Shown in pieces: positions 1 through 11,688 of a DNA stretch of 64,000 bases. Each line of letters starts with the position of its first letter. The first letter of the stretch is position 1. Source of the stretch: Candidatus Latescibacterota bacterium (lineage in GTDB: Bacteria > Latescibacterota > UBA2968 > UBA8231); assembly GCA_965243025.1 (NCBI GenBank), contig CBDETY010000003.1, forward strand, positions 4,544,001 through 4,608,000, given 5' to 3'. The translations under genes and the position numbers were made by a program. Below the pieces are notes generated by a model. The model was not told the DNA's origin and searched no databases. It was given only the letters and a program-made list of their open reading frames with translations.

Positions 1-1
1 C

Positions 2-1036
2 GCCGTCGTCGTCGGGGAGGGCCCCGATCTCATCCGCGTGCACCACAAGTACTCGGTCGAGTTCGGGGCCAACGGCAGCCTCTACCCGCTGGAAAGCTTT
101 GCCGATTTCCCGGAAGTGCGGGAGCGCATCCTCGAAACAGGCTGGGAACACGTCGCTCACGAGGGCAGGCACTACGGCATCCCGGAGCTGATCCTGCCCT
201 TCGTGATGGGGGTCAACAAGGCGATCCTGCGGGAGCATGAGATCGAGGTCCCCCGCACCTGGGAAGAGATGCTGGCGATCGCCCCGAAGCTCAAGGAGCG
301 CGGCATCCACGTCTTCACCATGCCAGGCGGACTCAACCAGGACACCGCCTACATCTTTCTGCCGTTCCTGTACGCCGCCGGGGGCCGCGTCCTCGACGGG
401 GAGATGCCGAGGGCCGCCTTCGACGGACCCGCGGGAGTGGCCGCCCTCCGCTTCCTGGTCGGCATGCACAGGCAGGGTTTCATGCCGGAGGCGGTGGCGG
501 CGTACGCCTACCAGGAGAGCGCCGCCCACTGGAGCACCGGCGCGGCCGCCTTCTCGGTGGAGGGCCCGTGGTTTCAGAACATGGTCGTCGAGAACTACGG
601 GTTCGACCTCGATGACCTCGGACTGGCCCCCCTGCCCGGACCGGCCGAGCCGCCGGGGCCGCACCCGCCGCGAACCGCAATCGACGTGGTCATGGTGTCG
701 ATCATGTCCTACACCGAGGCCCCGGAAGCGGCGTGGACCGCGGCCAAGGCGCTGCGGGTCGACGATCCGGTCTGGCTGCAGCCGAGCTCGGCGATGGGCG
801 GGTTCCCGGCGCTGAAAGCGGCCTACGCCCCCGGGGTGGAGTCGGACTTCATCGACCACCACGTGATGGCCGAGGCGGGCCGGCGGGGCCTGGGGTGGCC
901 CGGCCATCCGGCGGTAACGGAGATCCAGAACCACCTGGCCAGCGCCGTGAACAAGGCCTTCACCGGAACCCTGAGCCCGCGCCGGGCCCTGGAGGAGGCC
1001 GCGGCCGACGTCAACGCCATTCTGGCCGACCGCTGA
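2..1036 (+). CDS. ABC transporter sugar-binding protein (SBP family 1), 5'-partial
   Basis: Frame open from base 2 (AVVVGEGPDLIRV...). Motifs GRHYGIP, VPRTWEEM, GAAAFSVEGPW and C-terminal SPRRALEEAA are typical of carbohydrate SBPs. Confidence 0.85.
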   Translation, partial: AVVVGEGPDLIRVHHKYSVEFGANGSLYPLESFADFPEVRERILETGWEHVAHEGRHYGIPELILPFVMGVNKAILREHEIEVPRTWEEMLAIAPKLKERGIHVFTMPGGLNQDTAYIFLPFLYAAGGRVLDGEMPRAAFDGPAGVAALRFLVGMHRQGFMPEAVAAYAYQESAAHWSTGAAAFSVEGPWFQNMVVENYGFDLDDLGLAPLPGPAEPPGPHPPRTAIDVVMVSIMSYTEAPEAAWTAAKALRVDDPVWLQPSSAMGGFPALKAAYAPGVESDFIDHHVMAEAGRRGLGWPGHPAVTEIQNHLASAVNKAFTGTLSPRRALEEAAADVNAILADR

Positions 1037-1051
1037 TCCGGCATCAGGTTA

Positions 1052-1081
1052 TTGCCATATATATGGGTCTATAATTATTGT
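1052..1081 (+). promoter_or_regulatory. vapBC promoter with palindromic operator
   Basis: AT-rich patch. TTGCCA at 1052-1057, perfect 12-bp palindrome CCATATATATGG at 1055-1066, TATAAT at 1070-1075 and TATTGT at 1076-1081, just before ATG 1089. Confidence 0.6.
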
Positions 1082-1088
1082 CGTATGT

Positions 1089-1334
1089 ATGAAAACGACC
1101 ATAGATATTGCCGACAGTCTGCTGACTGAGGCCAAACTCCTTGCCGCACAGCAGGAAACTACTGTCCGCGCCCTCGTGGAAGAGGGACTGCGCCACGTTC
1201 TGGAGAAACGGAACCGCAGCGGGGGCTTTGCGCTGCGCCCGGTTACCTTCCGGGGAAACGGGGTGAGGCCCGAGGTCCGGGAGGGCTCCTGGGAGCGGAT
1301 CCGGGACTTGATCTACGAAAGCCGCGGAGCGTGA
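1089..1334 (+). CDS. vapB: VapB-type (ribbon-helix-helix) antitoxin
   Basis: 81 aa, N-terminus MKTTIDIADSLL..AK typical of RHH antitoxins; 4-nt GTGA overlap with the PIN toxin. Confidence 0.85.
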   Translation: MKTTIDIADSLLTEAKLLAAQQETTVRALVEEGLRHVLEKRNRSGGFALRPVTFRGNGVRPEVREGSWERIRDLIYESRGA

Positions 1335-1780
1335 ACGCGGTAGACACCAACCTCCTGGTGTACGCGCACCGGGAAGAGTGCCAGTGGCACCCTCAGGCAC
1401 GCGATTGCCTGGCGAACCTGGCCGCATCTCCAGCTCCCTGGGCGATCCCCTGGCCATGTGTGCAGGAGTTCCTCGCCATCGCAACCCATCCGCGGATATA
1501 CGACCCGCCCACCCCGACCGCCATCGCCCTCGATCAAGTCGAGGCATGGCTCGAGACCCCGAATCTCGTGCTGCTTGCCGAGTCGCCCGGGTACGGGGCC
1601 AAACTTCACCGCCTGATCGAGACCGGGCGGATCGCGGGGCCCATGGTGCACGACGCGCGGGTGGCGGCTCTCTGCCTCCACCACGGCGTCGAGACCCTCT
1701 TTACCGCCGACCGCGACTTCAGCCGTTTTCCCGGACTCAGGGTGCGCAACCCGTTGCCCGACCCGCTGCCGGACGCCTGA
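1331..1780 (+). CDS. vapC: VapC PIN-domain toxin
   Basis: VDTNLLVYA, EFLAIAT, VHDARVAA and TADRDFSRF PIN motifs. Confidence 0.92.
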   Translation: MNAVDTNLLVYAHREECQWHPQARDCLANLAASPAPWAIPWPCVQEFLAIATHPRIYDPPTPTAIALDQVEAWLETPNLVLLAESPGYGAKLHRLIETGRIAGPMVHDARVAALCLHHGVETLFTADRDFSRFPGLRVRNPLPDPLPDA

Positions 1781-1845
1781 GAGGTTTTGCTGCCCGGCCA
1801 CGTGCCTCACCGGGGATGAAAACCCCCTCCCAGGAGATCCAGATC

Positions 1846-2652
1846 ATGCCCGCCCCAACCCCGATGGAGGAGTTCTTCTTCGACCTGCGCGGGTACTGCA
1901 TCCTGCCCGAAGCGCTCGACCCCGATCACCTGAAGGAGCTCAACGACCGGGCCGACGGCCTGCCGGAGCTGGAGAACGGCGAATGGCTCGGCAACATGGA
2001 AGCCCACACCTACGGCAGCATCGACGGCTTCAACCTGCAGAACATCATCGAGGCGGGTGAGCCGTTCGAGCGCCTGATCGACCACCCGGCCTGGATCGAC
2101 CTGGTGCGCCACTACCTCGGGGAACACGGCCGCCCGTTCATCAACGAGTGCTTCCTCAACCTGCGCGGAAAGGGCGGTTACATCGGGGTGCACTCCGGGG
2201 GCTGGAAGCTCGGTGACGGGCGCGTGCGCAGCGGCGTCGACGGCGGCAGGTGGTGCATCCAGTACATGTCCCTGATCGCCGCCCTCGACGACATCGGTCC
2301 CGGCGACGGCGCCACCGTCATCATCCCCGGAAGCCACAAGTCGGCGTTCCGGCACCCGCATCAGTCATCGGGGACCAACATCACCCCCGTTCCCGGGGAG
2401 GAAATCGAAGGGACCGTGGAGATGCATCTGAAGGCCGGGGACGCGCTGCTGATCAACGACATGCTCATTCACGGCTCGGCGGCGCGCAGCAACGAGGGCC
2501 GGCGCCGGTCCCTGGTGTTCCGCTACCTGCCGAGCCTCTACGCCCACCGCTTCGGGTACGAGCCGTCGCCGGAGCTGCTGGGGCGGCTGACCCCGGAGCG
2601 GCGCGAGATCGTGCAGCCGCTTGTGCCCCACCGTCCCCCGAAGCGGAGCTGA
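1846..2652 (+). CDS. phytanoyl-CoA dioxygenase (PhyH) family Fe(II)/2OG enzyme
   Basis: SD CAGGAG before ATG 1846; FDLRGY, GATVIIPGSHK, LKAGDALL...IHG, RRSL motifs. Confidence 0.85.
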   Translation: MPAPTPMEEFFFDLRGYCILPEALDPDHLKELNDRADGLPELENGEWLGNMEAHTYGSIDGFNLQNIIEAGEPFERLIDHPAWIDLVRHYLGEHGRPFINECFLNLRGKGGYIGVHSGGWKLGDGRVRSGVDGGRWCIQYMSLIAALDDIGPGDGATVIIPGSHKSAFRHPHQSSGTNITPVPGEEIEGTVEMHLKAGDALLINDMLIHGSAARSNEGRRRSLVFRYLPSLYAHRFGYEPSPELLGRLTPERREIVQPLVPHRPPKRS

Positions 2653-2662
2653 AGAGCCGGGC

Positions 2663-3676
2663 ATGAGCTTCCTCTACCTCTCCCTCGCCGGCGAGGAGCA
2701 GCTCGCCTGCTACCGCGTCGACGGGGAAACCGGGGACCTCGAGCACCTGCGCAACCAGCCGGTCCCCGGGGCGCCGAGCGCCCAGGGGCGCCACTGCCGC
2801 CTACCGGTTCTCTACGCCGCCATGCGCTCGAACGGGCGGCTGGTCAGCTTCCGCATCGACGCGGCCAGCGGCCGGCTCGCCCATCTCCACACCATCGACA
2901 CCGGGCTCGAGGACCCGGGCTACCTGCTTACCGACCGCAGCGGGCGCTGGCTCCTGACCCCCTACTACGTCTCGGGCAAGATCACCGTCTACCCGGTCGG
3001 CGAGGACGGGGCGGCGCGCGAGCCCCCTTCCTGCGTCGCCGACACCGCCCTGCACGCCCACGGGCTGGCGTTGGACCCGGCGAACCGGTTCCTCTTCGTC
3101 CCCCACACCTGCCCCGGCAACGCGGTCTTTCAGCTGCGGTTCGCCGGCGGGACGCTCGAGGCCAACGACCCTCCCAAGGTGACGGCAGGGGCGCAGCTGG
3201 GGCCGCGGCACGTCCACTTCCACCCCAACGGGCGCTGGCTCTACGCCGGCAACGAGCAGGGCAACAGCGTCACCCAGTACCGCTTCGACGAAGACGGCGG
3301 CACCCTGAGTCCGCTGCGCACGACGACGACGCTGCCGCCCGGTTTCAGCGGCGGCGCCACCGCCCGCATGCTGATTCACCCGGGCGGCCGCTTCCTTTAC
3401 GCCGCCAACAGGGGCCACGACAGCATCGCCTGCTTCGGGGTTTCGGATGCCACGGGGGAGCTGGAGCCGCGCGGGCACGCGGCGACGCCGGAGACGCCCC
3501 GCTCCTTCGACATCGAGCCGGGGGGGCGCTTCCTGTACGCGGCGGGGGAGAGCGCCGACCGGCTGGCGCAGTACCGCATCGACGGGGACGCGGGAACCCT
3601 GAAGCCGGTCCGGTCGTATGAAACAGGGAGGATTCCCTGGTGGGTTCAGGTCGTCGACCCGGGAACGGGTTTGTGA
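2663..3676 (+). CDS. lactonase family protein (6-phosphogluconolactonase-like beta-propeller)
   Basis: HAH, GPRHVHFHPNG, GRFLYAANRGHDSIA and PRSF motifs. Confidence 0.88.
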   Translation: MSFLYLSLAGEEQLACYRVDGETGDLEHLRNQPVPGAPSAQGRHCRLPVLYAAMRSNGRLVSFRIDAASGRLAHLHTIDTGLEDPGYLLTDRSGRWLLTPYYVSGKITVYPVGEDGAAREPPSCVADTALHAHGLALDPANRFLFVPHTCPGNAVFQLRFAGGTLEANDPPKVTAGAQLGPRHVHFHPNGRWLYAGNEQGNSVTQYRFDEDGGTLSPLRTTTTLPPGFSGGATARMLIHPGGRFLYAANRGHDSIACFGVSDATGELEPRGHAATPETPRSFDIEPGGRFLYAAGESADRLAQYRIDGDAGTLKPVRSYETGRIPWWVQVVDPGTGL

Positions 3677-3731
3677 TGAGGGCGGCTGCCAGCCCTGGCC
3701 CTCCTGCCTCTTCCCGACGGGGAGCTGGTTT

Positions 3732-4034
3732 TCAGCCGAGCGCACGCACGACCGCTTCGGGGTCGCGTTCGATGACAGTCAGCAGAACGCGGGCGGCGCG
3801 GTCCGGTACGCGACGGCCCTGCTCCCAATCCTGCACGGCGCGTGCATCGAGACCGAAACGGTCCGCAAACTTCTTCCGACTCAACCTCATTCGCTGCCGC
3901 AATGCGAGAATCCGTTCCGCCGCGGGATCGTCTACTATGCGGCAGGGCAGGTCCACTTCCCCGCGAACATGGGAGAGCACCTCCTCCAGGGCAGCTTCGA
4001 TCTCCTGACCTGTCCGGGTTCGTTCCGTCGTCAT
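3732..4034 (-). CDS. XRE-family HTH antitoxin (HigA-like)
   Basis: LRQRMRLSRKKFA..FGL....VQDWEQGRRVPDRAARVLL is a classic HigA-like HTH. Confidence 0.85.
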   Translation of the reverse strand: MTTERTRTGQEIEAALEEVLSHVRGEVDLPCRIVDDPAAERILALRQRMRLSRKKFADRFGLDARAVQDWEQGRRVPDRAARVLLTVIERDPEAVVRALG

Positions 4035-4190
4035 CAGTTTGACTCCTTCTTGATCGCAGCCACGAGCCGGGAAAAGGCCCTCCGGTCTGCTGCAGTCAGA
4101 TCCTCTCGCTCCGCTTTGGCATATGCTGCCAACATGTAGATTTCCCCGGGGCCGGCGTGATGAAAATACGCCCGGCCATCGGGCTTTCCC
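4034..4190 (-). pseudogene. C-terminal remnant of a RelE/HigB-type toxin
   Basis: Minus frame reads ...RAYFHHAGPGEIYMLAAYAKAEREDLTAADRRAFSRLVAAIKKESN*, with TGATG overlap onto the antitoxin start. There is no room for an N-terminus before the receptor stop at 4209. Upstream boundary approximate. Confidence 0.7.
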
Positions 4191-4208
4191 CGGTCAAAGG
4201 ACCGGACC

Positions 4209-6995
<2,787 letters not shown>

Positions 6996-7178
6996 GATCG
7001 TGACTTTTCGGAAGTGCTCCTGGAATGGAGTTATTTGATTTTTTCCGCTGCGTCCCGGCAGTTGCGCACCTCGACCCGGCCCCGGCTGCCTGCACCGGAC
7101 CCGCAAGCCGCCGGAAGAACCGGACCGGTTGGCTTCACCGATTCCGGCGGATACCCCGGAGCGGCCGGCATTTCTGCT

Positions 7179-8354
7179 TCAGCCCCGGTTCGCCGGGCGC
7201 TCCTCGTGCTCTCCCCAGGGGCCGGGGATCCACGGGAACTTCGCCTCGAGGTCCGCGGCCAGCTCGACGCCCCAACCCGGTCCCGCCGGCAGGGTGAACC
7301 AGCCGTCGGCTACCGGATTCTCCTCGATGATCCCCCACTGCAGCGGACCCTGCCCTGTGAACTGCTCGAGCACGTGCTCCTCGGGAAGGGCGGCGAGCAG
7401 GTGGGCGTTGGCGACGGTCAGCAGGCCGTTGTGCCAGTTCTGGGTGAAGACGGGGATGCCGAACTCCCGGCCCCTGCGGCAGATGCGCAGGGCCTCCCTC
7501 AGGGTGCAGACCCCGACGTCGAGCTGCCCCTTCGCGTAGGCCCCCTTCTCGAAGAACGGCTCGAAGTCGGCGAGCCGGGTGTTCGATTCCCCTCCCGTGA
7601 CCGGGATCGACAGCGCCCGGTTGAGGCGCGCGTACCCGTCGACCTCCTCCTTGGGCAGCGGCTCCTCGAACCAGGTCCAGCCGCGGCCGTCGAGCCAGCG
7701 CCCGATCCGCAGGGCCTGCTCCTCGTCGAGGCGGGAGTTCCCCTCCAGCATCAGCTCCATGCGGCTGCCGACCGCATCGGTGACCGCCTGGGCGAGCTCG
7801 AGGAAGCGCTCGACCGTCACCCCGGACCAGCTCCACGCCGTGCCCAGCCGCATCTTGCAGGCGGTGTAGCCGCGGCCGGCGAGGGAGACGGCCTCGTCGA
7901 TGACCGACTCCGGGTTGTCGTCCCAGTCGTACTGGACCCCGGCCGAGGCGTAGAGACGCAGGCGCTCGCGCGGCCGCGCCGGGGAGCCGGGAAGCTCGTC
8001 GAGGATGAGGTCGGCGACCCGTTTGCCGGCGATCTTGCCGCGGATGTCCCACAGGGCCAGCTCGATGCCGGCGTTGCAGATGTCCCCGAGCCGGTCGCCG
8101 GTGTTCTCCGGCACCAGGCCGGGATCCTCCGGGTCCTCGCCGATCAGCTCGTGCTTCAGCGCCTCGGCGCGCTCCCTCAGGGCGGGGGGACAGCCGTAGG
8201 TCGAAGGTTCGCTTATACCCTGGATGCCGCCGTCGGTCTCGATGACGACGATGGGGCAGTCCGCCTTGAAGACGCGGAACTCGCTGCTGAACCAGACGAG
8301 GTCGGGTTCGTGCCTGCGGCTCAGGCAGAGGGTGCGCACGTCGGTGATTTTCAA
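7179..8354 (-). CDS. mandelate racemase/muconate lactonizing enzyme family (enolase superfamily) protein
   Basis: TTG start, MKITDV, GIELALWDIRGK, KMR, WFEEP, GGES, PGWGVE motifs. Confidence 0.9.
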   Translation of the reverse strand: MKITDVRTLCLSRRHEPDLVWFSSEFRVFKADCPIVVIETDGGIQGISEPSTYGCPPALRERAEALKHELIGEDPEDPGLVPENTGDRLGDICNAGIELALWDIRGKIAGKRVADLILDELPGSPARPRERLRLYASAGVQYDWDDNPESVIDEAVSLAGRGYTACKMRLGTAWSWSGVTVERFLELAQAVTDAVGSRMELMLEGNSRLDEEQALRIGRWLDGRGWTWFEEPLPKEEVDGYARLNRALSIPVTGGESNTRLADFEPFFEKGAYAKGQLDVGVCTLREALRICRRGREFGIPVFTQNWHNGLLTVANAHLLAALPEEHVLEQFTGQGPLQWGIIEENPVADGWFTLPAGPGWGVELAADLEAKFPWIPGPWGEHEERPANRG

Positions 8355-8448
8355 TTCACGAGCTCCTTGCGTTGACTGGCCGGTAGTGGCTGCTCCTCTA
8401 CGTTATCCGAAAAGCCTCTTAAGGAAGCCCATTGATTAGGGATGTACA

Positions 8449-8477
8449 TTGCTCCAGGCGAATACCAGATTTAGATT
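8449..8477 (+). promoter_or_regulatory. putative sigma70 promoter of the small membrane-protein gene
   Basis: TTGCTC-N17-TAGATT in an AT-rich stretch upstream of ATG 8516. Confidence 0.4.
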
Positions 8478-8515
8478 GAACACGCGCGTCTGTCTTTACA
8501 AGCGAAAGCAGATTC

Positions 8516-8728
8516 ATGACGAACTGGTTACCAGTCATTACCGTCGGGATTGCCTTGATGGGAGTGATGATCGCGGTCTGGCGCGACCTGCGTACCGACA
8601 TGCGGGCAGATATGCGCCAGATAGAGACGCGCCTGTCTGATGTGGAAAAGGAACAAGCCGAGGTCAAAGGCCTGTTACAGGGCCTGCGGGAATCGATCTT
8701 CCGTCAGGCCGTCCCGGAGCGAGACTAG
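8516..8728 (+). CDS. small protein with one TM helix and a coiled coil, function unknown
   Basis: 70 aa: hydrophobic WLPVITVGIALMGVMIAVW followed by heptad-like MRADMRQIETRLSDVEKEQAEVKGLL. Confidence 0.65.
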   Translation: MTNWLPVITVGIALMGVMIAVWRDLRTDMRADMRQIETRLSDVEKEQAEVKGLLQGLRESIFRQAVPERD

Positions 8729-8759
8729 ACAAAAAAGCATTGCAGAGACATTCATAAGA

Positions 8760-8785
8760 GTGGGGGCGACGCCTGCGTCGCCCCT
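8760..8785. repeat. REP-like palindrome
   Basis: GTGGGGGCGACGCCTGCGTCGCCCCT: stem GGGGCGACG/CGTCGCCCC preceded by GT(G). Only copy seen in the window. Confidence 0.45.
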
Positions 8786-8870
8786 TCCGTTGGGGGTGGC
8801 CGGTTTTCCGGCCTGAGATCACAAACCCTTGGAACCTGACCTGGATCATGCCAGCGTAGGGAAAACGGAC
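8785..8870 (+). ncRNA. TPP (THI-box) riboswitch
   Basis: GGGGG...CTGAGA...ACCC.TGGAACCTGACCTGGATCATGCCAGCGTAGGGA consensus. P1 TCCGTT (8786-8791) pairs with AACGGA (8864-8869). thiN lies downstream. Confidence 0.93.
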
Positions 8871-8880
8871 GAGCGCCCGC

Positions 8881-8920
8881 AAAAGCCGTTTTCCCCGTAC
8901 CTGGAGAAAGCGGTTTTTTC
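8881..8920 (+). promoter_or_regulatory. riboswitch expression platform (SD-sequestering or terminator hairpin)
   Basis: AAAAGCCGTTTTCC...GGAGAAAGCGGTTTTTT hairpin containing the GGAG SD of the ATG at 8924 and ending in a U-tract. Confidence 0.6.
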
Positions 8921-8923
8921 ATT

Positions 8924-11296
8924 ATGCGCAACTCGAACCTGTTCCCCGCCCTTCCGGCGCTGGCCGCCCTCCTGCTCGCCGCCGCGGCCGCCGGCGCCGC
9001 GCCGCAGACAGTGAGCGGCACGGTCGTCGACGCCGAGACCGGCGAGCCCCTGTCGGGGGCAAACCTCACCACCAGAAGTCTCGCGGTCATCACGGACGAG
9101 AAGGGCCGCTTCCAGCTGCCGCTGGCGGCGGGCGACTCGGCCGCGGTCAGCCACGTCGGGTACGAGCCGGCGGTCATCCGGACGGGGCCGGGAGCCCCGG
9201 GGCCGCTGACGGTGCGGCTGCGTCCGGTGGTCCTGCGGGTACCTGAAACAGTCGTCACCGGCGGGCTCACCGATCAGGCGCTCGGGGAAGTTTCCTCCGC
9301 GGTTACGGTGTTCGACCGGGGGCGCATCGACGCCGCCGGGAGCGCCCACCTGCACGAGCTGATCCCCGCGGTCCCCAACCTCAACTGGGCCGGCGGAACC
9401 TCGCGGCCGCGCTACTTCCAGATCCGCGGCATGGGGGAGCGCAGCCACTACGCCGGCGAAGGGCCGCCGAGCTTCTCGGTCGGCTTCGTGATGGACGACG
9501 TCGACCTCAGCGGCCTCGGCATGGCCGGGATGCTGCACGACCTCGACCAGGCCGAGGTCTTCAAGGGTCCCCAGTCGACGATCTTCGGGCCCAACGCCAT
9601 GGCCGGGCTGATCAACCTGAAGTCCGCCGATCCCGCCGGGTCCGTGAGCCTGGGGGGGACCGTCGCGGCCGGCAGCGACGGCCTGCTGCGCATCTCACCC
9701 ACCCTCAACGTCCCGGCCGGCGAGCAGCTGGCCCTGCGGGTCGGGGGCAGCTGGGGAAGGTCGAACGGCTTCCGGGAGAACCGGCACCTCGGAGTCGACG
9801 ACTCCAACGGCCGCAACGAGACCCTGGCGCGGGCGAAGCTGCGCTTCGGGAACGGCGCCGGGGCCAGGCTCGTCGCCACGTTTTTCCGCGCCGACCTCGA
9901 CAACGGCTACGACGCCTGGGTGCCGGACAACAACGAGGACCTCGCCACCTACTCCGACAACCCGGGCGTCGACAGCCAGACGACCCACGCCGCTTCCCTG
10001 CGGGGCAGCCTGCCGCTGGCGGCGTCCGGCGCGGAACTGGTCTCGATCACCTCCTGGGGGCGCACCGAGCTCGAGCACAGCTACGACGGCGACTGGGGCA
10101 ACGACGAGTTCTGGAAGCAGGAGCCGTACGGCTTCGACCCGGAAGAACAGGGATGGAGCTACGACTTCTTCGACCGCAACCTCCGGGACCGCACCACCTT
10201 CACGCAGGAGGTCAGGCTGCTGAAGGAGGACCGCGGCGGCAGCGGCGACCTCGTCGCCGGCGCCTACCTGAAATCGCTGCGGGAAAACGACGACGCGGGG
10301 GGGTACCTGTTCGGCGGCGACGCCACCGACCTGCAAAGCCGTTTCGACATCGCCGACCTCGCCTTCTACGGCCAGTACGGCCGCGAGCTCTCCCCGCGCT
10401 GGCGGCTGACGCTCAATGCCCGCGTCGACCGCAACGCCACCTCCTACGAGGGGACCACCAACTCCGGGGCCGAGCAGGTGGAGTTCGAGGTCACCCAGTG
10501 GCTGCCCGGAGGCAAGCTGGCGCTGACCCACGCCCTGGCCCCGGACCGGAACCTCTACGCCGCGGTTTCCCGGGGGTTCCGCGCCGGCGGCGTCAACCAG
10601 CACCCGCGCCTGGCCCCGGCGAGCCGCCCCTTCGATCCGGAGTACGTGATCAACTGGGAGCTGGGGTACCGGGCCTCGGGGGCGCGCGCGACCACGGCCC
10701 TGACCTTCTTCCACGCCCTGCGCTCCGACCAGCAGGTCGAGCTGTCGAGCCAGCAGGACCCCGGGGATCCCAACAGCTTCTTCTACTTCACCGCCAACGC
10801 CGTATCCGGGCGCAACAGCGGCCTCGAGCTGGAGCACAGCCTGCGGGTGACGCCGTGGCTGCGGCTGAGCGGCTCCCTCGGCCTGCTCGACACCCAGGTC
10901 GACGAGTACACCTTCGAAGAGGGGCAAGCGGACACGCTCAGGCTGGGCGACCGGGCGGCGGCCCATGCCCCGGCGCGGACCTGGCGCATCGGCGGCGACT
11001 ACCGCCACCGCTCCGGCCTGACCGGGCGGCTCGAGCTGTCGGGGATGAGCGAGTTCTTCTTTTCCGACAGCCACGACCAGAAGTCGGAGCCCTACCAGCT
11101 CCTCAGCGGCAGCCTCGAGTACGCCTCCGGTTCCTGGAGCCTGCTCCTGTGGGGGCGCAACGTCCTCGACCGGCGCTACGCGGTGCGCGGCTTTTTCTTC
11201 GGCCTGGAGCCGCCCGCCTACGAAGACACCCTCTACCTCAGCTACGGCGACCCGATGCAGTTCGGCGTCACCCTGAAGACGAGTGTCATCGAGTAA
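8924..11296 (+). CDS. TonB-dependent receptor, probable thiamine (or precursor) importer
   Basis: Signal peptide, N-terminal GTVVDAETGEPL..A extension domain, plug YFQIRG...EVFKGPQSTIFG.NAMAGLIN. Lies behind a TPP riboswitch and upstream of thiN. Confidence 0.88.
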   Translation: MRNSNLFPALPALAALLLAAAAAGAAPQTVSGTVVDAETGEPLSGANLTTRSLAVITDEKGRFQLPLAAGDSAAVSHVGYEPAVIRTGPGAPGPLTVRLRPVVLRVPETVVTGGLTDQALGEVSSAVTVFDRGRIDAAGSAHLHELIPAVPNLNWAGGTSRPRYFQIRGMGERSHYAGEGPPSFSVGFVMDDVDLSGLGMAGMLHDLDQAEVFKGPQSTIFGPNAMAGLINLKSADPAGSVSLGGTVAAGSDGLLRISPTLNVPAGEQLALRVGGSWGRSNGFRENRHLGVDDSNGRNETLARAKLRFGNGAGARLVATFFRADLDNGYDAWVPDNNEDLATYSDNPGVDSQTTHAASLRGSLPLAASGAELVSITSWGRTELEHSYDGDWGNDEFWKQEPYGFDPEEQGWSYDFFDRNLRDRTTFTQEVRLLKEDRGGSGDLVAGAYLKSLRENDDAGGYLFGGDATDLQSRFDIADLAFYGQYGRELSPRWRLTLNARVDRNATSYEGTTNSGAEQVEFEVTQWLPGGKLALTHALAPDRNLYAAVSRGFRAGGVNQHPRLAPASRPFDPEYVINWELGYRASGARATTALTFFHALRSDQQVELSSQQDPGDPNSFFYFTANAVSGRNSGLELEHSLRVTPWLRLSGSLGLLDTQVDEYTFEEGQADTLRLGDRAAAHAPARTWRIGGDYRHRSGLTGRLELSGMSEFFFSDSHDQKSEPYQLLSGSLEYASGSWSLLLWGRNVLDRRYAVRGFFFGLEPPAYEDTLYLSYGDPMQFGVTLKTSVIE

Positions 11297-11363
11297 GTTG
11301 AAAGGGATCCTGCCGACGGGAAGGCGCCGCCGGGCCGCAGGCCTCCCGGCGGCCATGGGGACC

Positions 11364-11671
11364 CCTCCCGACGGGAGAATTTCCCGGGGTTCGGGATGGG
11401 AAGGCCGGCTGTCCGCGGCAGCGGCGGGCGGGGACCGGCGCGCGACCGCCGGCCGGTCAGCCGCGGGGATGGGCAACCCGGCAGGAGCCCTGGGGACAGG
11501 CAGGGGAAGGCCTCCCGCCGGAAGGAATTCCCGGGGCCCGGGACGGCAAGGCCGCAGGTCGGCGGCGGCGGGGAATCGGGGAGGATCGCCGAAAGGTCAG
11601 CCGGACGGGAAAGGCTGCCAGTCCGGGGCCGGGGCCGCAGGGATACCGGTGCGGATCCCCGGCCGGTCAGC
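11364..11671 (+). repeat. degenerate direct repeats in a GC-rich spacer
   Basis: 44-nt units at 11364-11407 and 11511-11554 (36/44 identical by hand alignment); CCGGCCGGTCAGC at 11449-11461 and 11659-11671. Confidence 0.6.
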
Positions 11672-11688
11672 TTCCAGGAGCTGCCGCC

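Noticed and set aside
11297-11688. Possible CRISPR array
   Set aside because: Only two degenerate units, no regular repeat-spacer period and no cas genes.
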